DNA of 55,510 bases, filler included, from Catajapyx aquilonaris (lineage: Eukaryota): assembly GCA_000934665.2 (NCBI GenBank). It is 3 parts of 3 records of this genome, joined end to end, with 100 filler letters (N's around TTAATTAATTAA, not from the genome) between each part and the next. Parts side by side here need not be neighbours in the genome. Positions count along the whole stretch, not along the records: positions 1 to 18,449 come from KZ539577.1; positions 18,550 to 36,985 come from JYFJ02006697.1; 1 more part is not named here. One strand, given 5' to 3'. Shown here piece after piece: positions 14,801 through 27,485 of the stretch (position 1 is its first letter; every line of letters starts with the position of its first letter). The notes under the pieces were generated by a model, which was given only the letters and a program-made list of their open reading frames with translations, did no database searches and was not told the DNA's origin. The position numbers and the translations under genes are program-made.

Positions 14801-17800
14801 CAAAAAAAAAGTCGGCTCTACCTGGCCCTACCGCCTGAACAAAAAAAATATACATGCATTGTCATCTTAACTCTACTTTGTGTAACGTGACCTCCCTTGT
14901 GGCAGAGGAAGTTTGTCGGACCGGAGTCTATTGTTACAAAGTAGATGAAAAATTGGCTAGAAAATACACCCGCCATATTTTTGCATGGAGAATCCATTTC
15001 GGGGCACATGCAAAAAAAATAACCCGTCTCAAAATCCGCTCTGTTTTGAAAGAAGCGGTAAATAAAACACTGTACATAAAAAACGGAACAACCAACAAAA
15101 CAAAAAAAAATGGCGAGATCGTTTTCGCGACGACTTGAAAGTGTTTTATGGGCTTCTCTTCGAATCGGCGCAGTCAGCAGACATGCTCCGCAGCGGAAAA
15201 TAAAATTTGCAAAAAAAAGAGGAAAAAAAACTGGTGCGATATGTGCAGAAGGGAACTGTAGGGTGGGGGGGGGGGGGGGNNNNNNNGGAGTGTTGGAAAG
15301 ACATGATGCAATATTGTAGCGAGGGAATTGGCACCAGACGTTTGGGGGCCGCTTCAAAATTCCATTCGTGCGCCTCTGACTCGATATCCACAATGTGTGT
15401 TTGCGGGGAAAAATTCCAACCTGAGGCTTCACAATACAAGGCTCGGGATAAAAGAAGTGTGCAAAACTAGTTTTCCTCCTATCCCCCCTTCCCTCCCCCC
15501 TTTTTTTCTTTTTTTTATATATAAAAAGCTATATGCCTGCGCCCAATATCCACGTTTTTCGCCTGCAGTATCCCTTTCTTGCTGTATCAACAAAACGAGA
15601 GGAAAAAAAATGGGTGGGGAAGTTTGCGTTTGTTCTTCCATTGCCTGTTGTCAAAAAAAAGGAAAAAAAATTGCGAGGAAAAAGAGAAACCGGAGCCGAT
15701 CCATCTCAAGATTTTTAATGGGTCGGCATGTGTGTATACATACAGTGTATGATACACTGTAATTGTTGAGTCCCGAGGAGAAGGAATAATAGGCAGTCAT
15801 CGACTCTTATACACTGTTTTTGCTCTCTCCAGATGTGTAGCTTTGGGCTAGGTAAATGCGCGCAATTATAATGCAGACCACTTAGCATTAATAGGAAACT
15901 GTACAGCTCACCGTACCGAAAGAAGTAATTTAAAAAAAATATATTTTCAAAATATCTCTTCATCAGTCACTTGAAATCGTTCACCTTTCGAGCTAGTAGT
16001 TTCGACCTCGTTCGAAACCATCGATGTCTGGCCACATACATCAGCAGGTGGGTTTGGATCGATTGGCAGGGTGAGATCTCATTGGCTTTCACTCCGTCGA
16101 CTTCTCTTTCACACCTGGCGAGTCGGTTTATCCGTGTCCGATTCCATAACATCCATCACAATTTCCAGGGCCCCCTTGCAGTCAGTCCAGATCCGGAAAG
16201 ATCTCACTCCATCAAGTGTCAGAACCACTTGATTACTCGCCTCCTCCAGGTGGCAGTTTCGCAAAAAAAAAATATTAACCTCAAAATCGCACCTCTTCTT
16301 GTGTACACATTGTAAATATAATTAATCACTAGCGATAACACTTAAGCTCATTCTTTGTACATGCCCAATTTAAATGAATTACGGCCTTAATTTCCCGTCT
16401 TGTTAGCATTTCATTACCCGAGAATGAATCAGAGGTCATTTTGTGGAGAGCTGACCTCCTAAAAGGGTAAGGATATGTTCTGCACGTCCCCGTCCCCCTC
16501 CAACCCTCCAACCCATCCTACAGCCAGTTTATTGACTGGTCAGCCGCTGCTCTTGACAGGTTGTGTAGTCAGCTGCAAACGGGGTTGGTAGTAGTAGTAC
16601 CGCATCGCATTTTTTTTTCAGAGAGAGAGGTGATGTCAGGTATTGGCAGGTTGTGAAGAGGAACGTGAGAATTTAGCCCAACCCTCCCCCCCCAGACCCC
16701 CCCCAGACCCCCCTCAACTCCCCACTATTTTCCACTTCAGCGACGCTGAAAAGTGCGACCCTTTTCTGTGCAATTTGCTTCTGAATTTTTTAAAGCCGAG
16801 GTCTTCAACCTTGTACCGCCACCTGCAAAAATAATATAAAAAAAGCGAGAGTAAACTAAGCAACTTGCCACAAACCAAACAGTGAGTACGTATAGTACAG
16901 CAAGAAAACACTGTGAGTATACAGGGTGAGGCAAAGTTTGCGCCCCCGGAATTCCCCAGATTCCCTTTGCAAGTTTGATCTAAACTCAAAGATAGAACCG
17001 CCTGAGGATCCGATCTCCTTTCTTACGCTACTGCGCATTAAACCAACTTCAGTTCTTTATTATTATTTTTTATTATTACGATCCAAGGGGTTTTCTTGCT
17101 CGCCCGGAGTGATCCCCGCGACGTCACAGGAGGTCCCTGTGACGTAACAGTGACGCCAAACGGAGCCAGCTCTGGCGTCAATCGTGCCTGGGGAAAGCTG
17201 CTTTTGCTCCTCTCTGCTGATGCTGTGATGGGAATATCGTTTGGTTGCAATAGGGGGGGTGGAAATGGATGCGGGGAATTCGGGTCGGAGGCAGACACGA
17301 TGCTTCATACGAACACCCCCGAATAATAACGCGGCTCTGTCTACTCTCCCATCCGGACCATCCTGCTTTTTTTTATTTTTTTCGAGAGCCATATAGGGCT
17401 GGCCTGACTCAACCGGAGAGATGAACTTAAATCGGGTTTGGACACCGGACGGGGGTGTATTTTTCATGTCGCATTACATAATCTGGAATGGCGTAACACG
17501 GATGGGGTGAAACGTACCGGTCTGCTCCGGAGGTAAAATCACTCGTCGAAAAAAATAAAAATGTGGCACACCTACAAGTGTCTCCAGAAAAATGGGGGGA
17601 ACGATATAACAGGAAGAAAATATTTTTATTGGATATAACGCAATAAATAATTATTTTGTAGGGAATGTGTGGCTCTTCCAGGCGCTGGCCTTGAAGGTGT
17701 TGTTGCTGTAATGGCGTCTTCCTGCTGACAAGATAATGCTAAAATAACACGAGTGCTGCGCGGGGGTTTTCCCTTGACGCTTGCACTTGACGGTGACACC

Positions 17801-18350
17801 AATTTGGCTCGGGCCAAGATGTGTCCTTTTGTGCCAACTCTGGTCGGAAGGAGAGTGTAATTTTGGGAGCTAACTGGAAGCACCTGGTGAGAATAAGTGA
17901 CTCGGATCACTCCGTTGTGCGAGGCCTCGGAAAACCCTCTTAATGTCTTGGCAACAGTTGACTATGCCTGGCTTCAACACGGGCTCTGGAGAAGAAAATT
18001 TCGCATCTCCAGAGCCGGAGGAATGGTCCTGCGAAGAGGACACAACAGCTGATCATCAATGCTGCCAACACCTCGATTAAGCTAACCTAATCTCACTTAA
18101 GTTATATATATCTGAACTTTATGGTAGTACCATATAGCTTTCCCATGATTGAGGGGGAAAATATCGGGTCAGACGGGTAGAATTCTCAACAGTCGACAAC
18201 AGCTGCTTATCAGCGAGTGACCTGACACGACATCGAGGAAAAAAAAATCACGACAATCGACAGCTGCCAGTCGCACCAAGTGACAGAAAGTTCCTTTCGT
18301 CTCGCTGCATTCTTGACGTTTCTTTGGACCTGCTCCTTCCTTCATGTCTC

Positions 18351-18449
18351 ACTGCTACGTTGGGCGTTGATGCTTGCCTGCTACGACTACACCCTGATTC
18401 ATCGGGAAGGGGCTAGTATGGGAAATGCTGATGCTATGAGTCGTTTACC
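18351..18449 (+). mobile_element. Ty3/Gypsy pol RNase H C-terminal fragment, cut by the contig end
   Basis: Translates LLRWALMLACYDYTLIHREGASMGNADAMSRL, matching the Gypsy RxxRWxxxLxxYxYxIxYRxGxxxxNADALSRL motif. Confidence 0.75.
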
Positions 18450-18549
18450 NNNNNNNNNNNNNNNNNNNNNNNNNNNNNNNNNNNNNNNNNNNNTTAATTA
18501 ATTAANNNNNNNNNNNNNNNNNNNNNNNNNNNNNNNNNNNNNNNNNNNN
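18450..18549. other. Artificial contig-join pad
   Basis: Exactly 44 N + TTAATTAATTAA (stops in all six frames, 18494-18505) + 44 N. Confidence 0.95.
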
Positions 18550-18821
18550 TAATAGTTCTCGGAATGCCCGCCGAGCCACTCGAGCGCTGAAATCGCAGTG
18601 CGTGACTCGCGCCTCGTTCCAGGGGGGGGGATTCCGGAATATCGCGTTACCGCTAAGCCAACGCCATATGCAATCAGTGTTGCCACTTGCCAGACCTTGA
18701 CAAGTGAAGAAGGATGAGGGACACTAGGCGGCGACACTGTGACCTGTGATACAGTACCGTATCCGTTGGCGGTAGTTTGAAACGTGACTTCATTCACAGC
18801 CTACCTCTGCCATTTTTTGTT

Positions 18822-19240
18822 TGTTTTAACTCACAATACCGTATTACTTAAAATTAAACGTGCAAATGCTTGTAATTAGCTGTGGAATATGCTCTTAATT
18901 TTTTTTGTACTTGTTTCCCATACTGTTTTTTGCACTCCCCCGCCCGCTCCCACCCCTCCTCCCCCTACAATGCCTGCTTACATGACAACCAATAATATTT
19001 ATTGTTGGCATTACTAAACAAAACAGATTAGGCTGGTCTGAACGAAAGAGCAATTGCAGAATACTTTGAGCCTTACTTTGAGCGTATATTGTATCCTTCT
19101 CCCGTTTATGATGATGGGGGATCTGGAAGAAGAGGTCATCAGCATGTATGTACCATTTTAGTTCTCAAAAAATTAATTCTTAAGTCAGATTTGCAGAGCA
19201 GCAAAGGATTGAGTAAATTAATTCCTCTTTTGGTTTGGTA
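18822..19240 (+). repeat. ~420-bp duplication containing a RanBP1-like exon (19060-19145), copy 1
   Basis: Near-identical to 20287-20699, including the exon and its AGCAT|gtatgt donor. Confidence 0.85.
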
Positions 19241-20520
19241 ACCCTATAGTCCCTATAGCTATATCCTCCTGAATCCCGAGAAGATTGAGTAACGCAATGT
19301 CAGTTATTCCTATTTCATTCTGAACATTTTCCCAATAAGAAACGAGAAAAAATTATAGTTTTAAACCGGTAAACCGGTACAGGCTACACCGATGTGGCTA
19401 CCACTGCATTGCACTCCTGACAATAATAGTCCATGCCATTGCTTCACAATCAGTAATGCAGGTGACATCTCGAAAAATCCCAGCAGACGATACCGGTATG
19501 TCGCAACAATTCCTATGCAGTGTAACTGCGAAATGTCTAAAAAGTATTGTTCTTCAAGACTTCAACCAATATTGGAAAGCAAAAAGGCGACGCTCATAAG
19601 CAATGTCGTAAACAACATCTTTGGTAAACAAGTTGCAGAGTGGCCAGAAAAAAAAAGGGGGGGGGGGAACCAAGTTTTTTCCCTATCGACAAAATTCGAC
19701 GACAAAACTCTATCCCCCATGTCTTGAGTTCAGTCATCCAGAAGTCCAGTCACTCTTCCTTTCTTTCATACAGTACCGTGTAGGCTACGTCCAGATAATT
19801 CTTCCCCGGATTTTGAATGGTCCGTAAAAGTGCGTTGGACACAAAGCGCTAATTCCTGAATGGGGTCATTCGTCATTTCGGACTCGTTGCGATGAACCAA
19901 TGGCGAGGGGCTCATTTTCTCTATCTACCCTTTCCCCTACCCAGCTACCCTGCACCATTTCTGATCAATTTTACAACCCACACAATATACGTCATAATTT
20001 TGGGTCGATGTTAAGAACGGGTCTTTGTGCCGGGTTTTAGGTGGGACAAGAAGAGGCCTGTCACCGGGAGGGGTGTTTTTATTTAAAGCTGCAAACGAGT
20101 TGCATATATGGTTGCTGCTTGCTAGGGTTGATAAGGGACTGACAACCAAGTCTTGTTCAAAAGACCGGGGAAGGAGTGCGTCAACCCTTGACATTGACAA
20201 TCACCCATGTACTCTATAGTCTAGCCAGAATGAGTGACCTCTAAAAATCTCCGGCACTGATTTGGGTCGAAAAAATTAAGTAATTAGTTTTAACTCACAA
20301 TACCGTATTAATTAAAATGAAAAGTGCAAATGCTTGTAATTAGCTGTGAAATGCTCTATTTTTTTGTAAGTTACTAATTTCTTGTTTCCAATGCTATTTT
20401 TTGCACTCCCCCGCCCCTCCTCCCCCTACAATGCCTGCTTACATGGCAACCAACAATATTTATTGTTGGCAGTACTAAACAAAACAGATTAGGCTGGTCT
20501 GAACGAAAGAGCAATTGCAG

Positions 20521-23224
20521 AATACTTTGAGCCTTACTTTGAGCGTATATTGTATCCTTCTCCCGTTTATGATGATGGGGGATCTGGAAGAAGAGGTCAT
20601 CAGCATGTATGTACCTTTAGTTCTCAAAAAATTAATTATTAAGTCAGATTTGCAGAGTAGCAAAGGATTGAGTAAATTAATTCCACTTTTGGTTTGGTAC
20701 CCTATATTGTATTTGCCATATACACTATAATAAGGTCACATCCAGCTTCATTAGACTATCTGGACAAGGAGCACTGAACCTAACTTCACATATTGGTTCA
20801 GATTTCTTCTTGGGGATGGCAGTTACACTGACTTGTTGAGGCCCCTAGTCTGATGACCCCGGGTAAGCTATCCTGGGGGCAATCACCATGGCAACATAAT
20901 GTAAAAGGATAGCAGTAAACAACCAGTTACCCCAGGGGGCAAGCTACCCCGGGTCACCAGGGCCCCTAGTCTGGTGACCCAGGGTAAGCTTGCCCGCGGG
21001 CAATCACCATGGCAACATATGTAGATTGCAGTAAACAACAAGTTACCCCAGGGGGCAAGCTACCCTGGGTCACCAGACTATATACCTAAAAGTTCCGGTT
21101 CTGTGGGTGTGGTATCAACTTTCATTAACTGTAGGAGGGATTAGTTTGCAGAAAAATGTGGGTTCAATTACTGACTTTGGACATCAATTATAACACATGG
21201 GTCATTCCAAATGGAATTAGCTAGAAAATTAATTTTCAACATTTTTCAGAAGAGATGGCGCCATGCACCATAAGACCAACAGAAAAATAATACTTTTTAT
21301 GTTTAGGAGTACGTTTATTTTATTTATTTCAATTGTGATAAGACAGTCATTGGGTACTCTATTTAGGGGGACACAGTATATTCCCATCTATACAAATAAT
21401 ATTATTAACTGCTTATACCCTTCCCGGACATAATACCGACAGCCGAAATACCGAGCTCCCAAAATACCTACACTGCCATTATACCTATATACTGATCAAA
21501 ATACCTACACTACACTATACGACAAAAATCATACTTAGATGTTCGACTCGTTCAATCGGCCCCATGTTTAAAAGAGGCTACCGTACGTTACTGCGCTTTC
21601 ATATCATATCAGGAGACACCGCACTTTACCTACTCTCGTAGGCTTGTATAATGCTGTAAGATAGGTATCCGCAATGATATTAATTATGCATTAGCCACTG
21701 CACTTCACTAACCACTGCAGACAATATTCTTTGGAACAATCTGTATAACAGAAAAGCAGTGACAGTTAATGTTTGTGTAACATTATGAGAAATGAAAATA
21801 TGTCTATTTTAGAGAGTATTGAACCAATTTCTCGTGATTGCGAACAGCATTGTAGTGGGTGTTATAATATATTAATAATTATGGGCAGGAGTGGTCCAGT
21901 GAATAATTATGTGCTTCTCTTTTTTCCCTACAGGAGGGCAAAGTTGTTTTGCTTTGACAACAACGGCATCAACCCTGAGTGGAAGGAACGAGGTATAGGG
22001 GATGCAAAGCTGCTCCGAAACAAGAAGACCAAGACAGTCAGGATGGTCATGTGGCGAGATCACATTCTGAAAGTCTGTGCCAATCACTACAGTAAGTGAC
22101 TTCTTTAACCCTGGTCCAGTGCCGGATTTAACTTGGCAGACCTGGGGGGGGAAGCTAAAAAATTTCGCCCCCTTCCGAAATCCCCCCCCCCCTCCCATGA
22201 GAATTAGGCCTACCTACTTTATGGTGTCTTTGTTCTTTGTTCTTATTATTAATTTTAAAAATGTGCCATAATGACTAATTTTTGAGAAGTTGTGACATGG
22301 GAATAATAGTTAAATAATAGAGTATTTCGTTACAACACTTATTATTGAACCAATCATTAATTTTGTGAATAGTACAATAATTATTATTGTCTACCAGGAA
22401 AAAGCAATGACAGCTCTTACAGTACTTTAGTGATCATGATGATTAACCCTGGAACAGTGCCGTGCCTGAAAGTATTAAGGCCATTTCACACAAAAAAAAA
22501 AAACGCGCGGCAAACGGCGCGCGTTGCGGCATATTTATTATTATTTTATATTTATTATTGCCAACAATTAATAATAATTGGCGGGGCAGGCGTTTGCCGC
22601 TTGACGCTGCCGCAAAATCTTTTTGTGTTTTGGCCTTTTACGGCAACTGTGCCGTGAGGTCTTTTCGGACCCCATCCATATTTTAATTTTTATTAATTAT
22701 TATATAATACTGTTCAATGTATTGACTATATACAATCATTCTTTGAACAATCCCTAAAATGTTCGCTAATTCAAAATAAACCTGCACTTCCTGTTATATA
22801 CTGTAAAAATGGCAAAAGTTCATTGTAATTACCATTTTAATGCATTTTAATTCCTTGGGGTCCAAAAAGACCCCCCGGTACGGTTCCGCGGTTAATAAAA
22901 TGCCCATATTACCTTTCAGTAACACCTGAGATGGACCTGAAGCCAAATTGTGGGAGTAATTGTGCCTGGGTCTGGAGTGTGTATGCCGACTTTGCAGATG
23001 AAGTCCCGAGAAATGTGCTTCTGGCAATTCGATTTGCCAATGCAGAAGGTCAGTAGGCTACCTAATTATGTGTGAGAAACATGGAATCTGAGTACCAAAT
23101 TAAATGCTATTTACTTTTGTATGTTTGTGTAGATGCCAAAATGTGGAAGCGTAAGTTTGATGATGCCAAGAACATGGTACTTGAGAAGCAGCCCAAGCAG
23201 AATAAGGAGCTGAGTGAAGGTTAG
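20521..23224 (+). pseudogene. RanBP1-like: Ran-binding protein 1 (RanBD domain) paralogue, probably decaying
   Basis: GT-AG exons 20521-20606, 21934-22091, 22920-23048 and 23133-23224 splice in phase to ...[124 protein letters not shown] and AWVW are RanBD hallmarks. The FEP/IVS-like motif of the first exon lies in other frames, and no start exon was found. Confidence 0.8.
20846..21080. mobile_element. Two tandem ~120-bp palindromic MITE units (Academ-like TAGTCTGG...CCAGACTA ends)
   Basis: Units TAGTCTG(A/G)TGACCC...GGGTCACCAG(ACTA) repeated head-to-tail in the RanBP1-like intron. Confidence 0.55.
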
Positions 23225-23517
23225 TACCTGGGACTCCGGAGTATCACTGGGTATATGTATACTTGGAGACAACCAGTGGCTGGCTCCTTTGAGGACGCAG
23301 AACCTGACCTCAAGGGAGAGAAGGAGATGATAATATTATTGCACCCTTGTTTTCTTAATTTATTTTGTTTGTTGGACTTCTTAACAACCCAATTTCGCCT
23401 TCTGTGAGTGTTTTAGTGAATTTGCTAGGATTTGGATTTGCTTATGCCATAGCTGCAAAAATAAAGTGAAAAATACCCTAATTGGCTATAGATATTTCCA
23501 TAACCATTAGATGACTG

Positions 23518-23794
23518 AAAACCGAAGCAGGTTGGCATAGTGGATAAGGCGTCCGGCTGCTAATCGGAAGGTCCTGGGTTCGAATCCCGGTGCCGGCAAC
23601 TCTAACCGTGGTTTTCAGTGGTTTCCCACGGTTTCTCGAGGAGAATTCCGGAGTTGTTTCCTAATAAACAGTCCTTTCCTATCCTCTCCCAAAGAGCAAT
23701 AAGTAAAAATGCAAGCAAAGAGTTCCAGACAAAACAAAAATTCCCCCCTAAAGAGCCGCCGGCTGATAACGGGGTATGAATTATTATTATTATT
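23518..23794 (+). mobile_element. tRNA-derived SINE (family A)
   Basis: Box A TGGCATAGTGG, box B GGTTCGAATCC, GCT anticodon-like loop, (TTA)n tail, 12-bp TSD ATTAGATGACTG (23506-23517 / 23795-23806). Confidence 0.9.
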
Positions 23795-25399
23795 ATTAGA
23801 TGACTGGCCTGCATGGAATGCAAATCACATAATATTTCCTTTTTTAAAAAAAAAATCACAAAATTTATTCGTGGCTACTTTCTTGTCCTGTGTGAGCCTA
23901 TAATACAGCACGACATGTACCGTAAACCAATCCCACCATTAAAGTTAGTGGAATAGGAGGATATTTGGATGCAAAGGTGCACTTTGCACTTTAAAATAAT
24001 TGTCACATGCACTCCAAACTGAGACTTGCAGTACAAGGTTTGCACTTCAGTTGGTCTTGCTTTTAAACATGTGTGGCTAAACCCAACAATTTAAAAATAA
24101 GCAACCAAAGTAAGTAATGCACTCCAGATGAAGGTCTGGAGTGCATTACATCTCATCTCTTTTTGGAGACTCTTGGTAACACGACACCAATATCATTCCC
24201 TTTTTCTCAGGAGCATCTCGAGAGCACAAGAAGGGGCAGGTGAAAGAACAGAAAGAGGCGACCCAGAAGACAAAGTTCTTCGAGGCCTGTGGAAGTGCCA
24301 TAAGAGGGATGTGGCAACGAAGTTCCCGAAAATAAGCCACCTACTATTCAAGTTTCTCACTCCAGACTCCACACTGGACACCCCAGAGGAGAAAGGACTG
24401 AGTGTAGCAGTGCTTACCAGACAGAATTCAAGTTACTTCCAGGCACCCAATCAGAATTTTGTAGGCTAAAAAGTCATTCTCCTGAAGAGAGAATGTTTAA
24501 GTTATTTGCAACAATTCCATTTCATTTTTATGCAAAAACTTACCTTGCCATATCGGACTGATATGAATCGAAAGTGTATTTGATTGTGTATTTCTTCCCC
24601 GGACCAAGTCAGATTAGTGATATGTAGCAAATAATTGAAGGGCTCGGGAGTAAACACTGGTAAGGGTAACAGTGTTACATATCCCTTACCATTGTTTATA
24701 CTCCCGAGCCCTTCAATTATTTTATATTTTGTCTGGATCTGAAAGAGACAGAGACGCGTATGGTATTTTTCAGAACATGCAACCATACAACTGAAACGTG
24801 TTGTAGGATTTTGTCCTGGGACTTTTTTATTTTAAGCACTTATGTATGCGATAATGTGAAAAAAACGGATTAAAAAGTTTTGTGTGAAAACTAGCATTTT
24901 ATTCCTAGACTTAGGAATGAATAAAATGTTCTTCCGTCCCGCTACATAGTCTGTTGTAACGATCACATCATTCTGTCATGCCATTCAGCCAGATAAAACA
25001 ATAGAATAACTGAGTTTTTCAAGAAATAATCAGGGTCCATTCTTAGTGGGCTCAACAAACCTTTCGCAACTATTTTAATGACAGTTCTCTTACTATCGCA
25101 TCCTCGTGTCCTATTGCATTGCAAAAAATCAGTATCTATTTTTTTGGCTTCACTGTAGGCTACTTGGTCCTATGGAGTAAAATTAATTAAAATTTTTGTT
25201 GTTCTACTCCACTATTCGGCAGCTAGACCTGTATGACCTGAATAATGCAACAAGTGAACAGTATGTCTTGTAATACGATACCGCATCATCAAATTAAGTC
25301 ATGTTGCAGCATTTAAAAATTTCCAGAATGTCATAGTAGCACATGTATAGCCCGTGCTACGGGCCCCGCGCTGACAACCCCCCCCCCCCCCGGCTGACG

Positions 25400-25793
25400 C
25401 TGGTTATGAGAAATTTTTTGCAAGCGTTGCAAATTATCTCTCACAGTACATGCGCACAATATTAATATTACGAGAAGAACAGAATGACTCACTCGAGTGT
25501 GAAGTAATTTTTCGCTGAGAACTCTGCAACAATGAACTTGCAAGTATCAACACTCTAAACTGTCTAAAGCACCATGTTATGTCACACAAAGGAGTAAGAC
25601 CATTTTGTTTACCCAAGAAGCTCAGGTGCAGAAACACATGGCGACACACACAAAATCTAATCATTTTGGTTGCAACGTATGTAAAAAAGTATTTCTTCAG
25701 GAAGCGCTCCTGAAATTTCACATGAGCAAAAAGGCTTATTGTCACCTTTCAAAAATATGCCAGACAAATACATTTAAAAAAGTTGTGCGTTAA
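25400..25793 (+). pseudogene. C2H2 zinc-finger gene remnant
   Basis: Frameshifted fragments LKHHVMSHKGVRPF and FTQEAQVQKHMATHTKSNHFGCNVCKKVFLQEALLKFHM. Confidence 0.6.
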
Positions 25794-26108
25794 TACCTCC
25801 ATACTTATACATATTATGATACCTACACTGACCTACACAGTATCTTCGTAAAGCGGAAATTTTGGACCAACAATGTTCACCCCGTTTAACGGTATTAATT
25901 ACACTTTGACCGTTATCATTTGGGAAAAGGCGGGGGTAAATAAGTGTAAATATATTGGGCCTGGCAATGGCAGTGTCCGGGCTTCTTGGACTGAAGTCAC
26001 ATTTTCACGGCCTCTTTTTAATTGCTGTGTTTATTAGCTGCATTGACCAGCTGCAATTAAAACATGTCGCTATACCAAGTGCATATATCTCATACAGATA
26101 AAAGTGGT

Positions 26109-26124
26109 GGCCCTGAAAAGGGCC
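26109..26124 (-). promoter_or_regulatory. Histone 3' stem-loop (H2B)
   Basis: GGCCCTTTTCAGGGCC on the minus strand, 35 nt after the stop. Confidence 0.95.
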
Positions 26125-26159
26125 GTTTGTAGAGTTGTCTGGTGGGGATGAGGATGGAT

Positions 26160-26543
26160 CTACTTGGAGGAGGTGTACTTGGTGACGGCCTTTGTCCCCT
26201 CACAGTCAGAGACGGCATGCTTGGCCAGCTCCCCTGGCAGGATGAGGCGGACGGCGGTCTGGATCTCCCGGGAAGTGATGGTGGACCTCTTGCTGAGGTG
26301 GGCCAGGCGGGAGGACTCTGCCGCTATGCGCTCGAAGATGTCGTTGACGAAGCTATACATGATGGACATGGCTTTGGAGGACACCCCGGTGTCCGGGTGG
26401 ACCTGCTTCAGAACCTTGTAGATGTACATGGCGTAGCTCTCCCTCCTCTTGCCCTTCCTCCTCTTCTTCTTGTCGCCCGTGCTGGGAACGGTCTTCTGCA
26501 CCTTCTTCTCTGCCTTCTTGGCGGCCTTGGACTGGGATGGCAT
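26160..26543 (-). CDS. H2B: Histone H2B, divergent replication-type copy
   Basis: [10 protein letters not shown]...[35 protein letters not shown]...[21 protein letters not shown]; intronless; true ATG at 26543, below the TATA box. Confidence 0.95.
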   Translation of the reverse strand: MPSQSKAAKKAEKKVQKTVPSTGDKKKRRKGKRRESYAMYIYKVLKQVHPDTGVSSKAMSIMYSFVNDIFERIAAESSRLAHLSKRSTITSREIQTAVRLILPGELAKHAVSDCEGTKAVTKYTSSK

Positions 26544-26831
26544 CTTGACACGGGAGCTGGTCTGGACACGATGCGAATCAGACAAGCACCAAGCGTGGAA
26601 TGAGGGTTCGAGCGCCACTGGTGGCCTTTTTATAGATGGCGCATGGTTCGCAATCGCCTACGGCCGGGCGCTCCCATTGGATCCACTCGGGCCAATCAGA
26701 GGCCGCGCTTGTTTAGAACCTTTTCCCCTATTTAAGGGGCACCTAGCCCCGCCCGCTTTCATTTACTGCCGAGACTTCTGGTCATCTGGTTGTCCTGCAC
26801 CGATCTCTTCAGACCGTACCGAGAAGATGCG
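26544..26831. promoter_or_regulatory. Bidirectional H2B/H2A promoter
   Basis: TATAAAAA on the minus strand (~26626-26633), divergent CCAAT boxes (~26676-26680 minus, ~26692-26696 plus), TATTTAA (~26729) on the plus strand. Confidence 0.75.
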
Positions 26832-27206
26832 ATGAGTGGCCGTGGCAATGGAGGCAAGACGAAGGCGAAGCCGAAGATCCGCTCCAGCCGGTCCGGCCTA
26901 ATATTCCCCGTTGGCCGTGTCCATCGTCTCCTACGGAAGGGCAACTACGCCTCTCGAGTCGGGTCTGGCGCCCCCATCTACCTGGCGGCCGTGATGGAGT
27001 ACCTGGCCGCCGAGGTGCTCGAATTGGCAGGCAACGCGGCCCGTGACCTCAAGAAGTCGAGAATCATCCCCCGCCACCTCCAGCTGGCCATCAGACCCGA
27101 CGAGGAGCTAAACAAGCATCTCTCGGGGGTGACCATTACCCAGGGCGGAGTGCTGCCAAACATCCAGGCCGTCCTCCTCCCAAAGAAGACCGAGAAGAAG
27201 GCTTAG
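26832..27206 (+). CDS. H2A: Histone H2A, divergent replication-type copy
   Basis: MSGRGNGGK...[15 protein letters not shown]...[44 protein letters not shown]...[10 protein letters not shown]. Confidence 0.95.
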   Translation: MSGRGNGGKTKAKPKIRSSRSGLIFPVGRVHRLLRKGNYASRVGSGAPIYLAAVMEYLAAEVLELAGNAARDLKKSRIIPRHLQLAIRPDEELNKHLSGVTITQGGVLPNIQAVLLPKKTEKKA

Positions 27207-27248
27207 ATTCACCCTCCACACATCTCTACCGCACCCTTTGAACAAAAC

Positions 27249-27264
27249 AGCCCTTTTAAGGGCT
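27249..27264 (+). promoter_or_regulatory. Histone 3' stem-loop (H2A)
   Basis: AGCCCTTTTAAGGGCT followed by ACCA and a purine-rich GAGAAGG downstream element. Confidence 0.9.
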
Positions 27265-27485
27265 ACCACTTGATTCACGTGAGAAGGCGAATAGAGCGAG
27301 TGCAAAATAATAAAGTGCTTACATTGTATTGCTAATGTTGTCCAATTTTAGCTAATGAAACTGCGAATTTAGACACTAAAATTTTGTGTGCCAGACACTT
27401 CTACGGACGAGTCGAATTTTCTGGTTACAATCAGTAATGAGCCATCCGTCGAGCCGAAAATTATATATAATTATATAAAAAAGTT

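Noticed and set aside
2900..18300. Numerous 60-200 aa ORFs
   Set aside because: No recognisable domains or consistent splice chains; many cross homopolymer runs.
18494..18505. Palindromic TTAATTAATTAA motif
   Set aside because: Synthetic assembly linker, repeated identically at 37030-37041.
23530..23600. tRNA-Ser(GCT)-like gene (also ~27495-27565)
   Set aside because: No proper acceptor stem or long variable arm; followed by a SINE body, simple-repeat tail and TSD.
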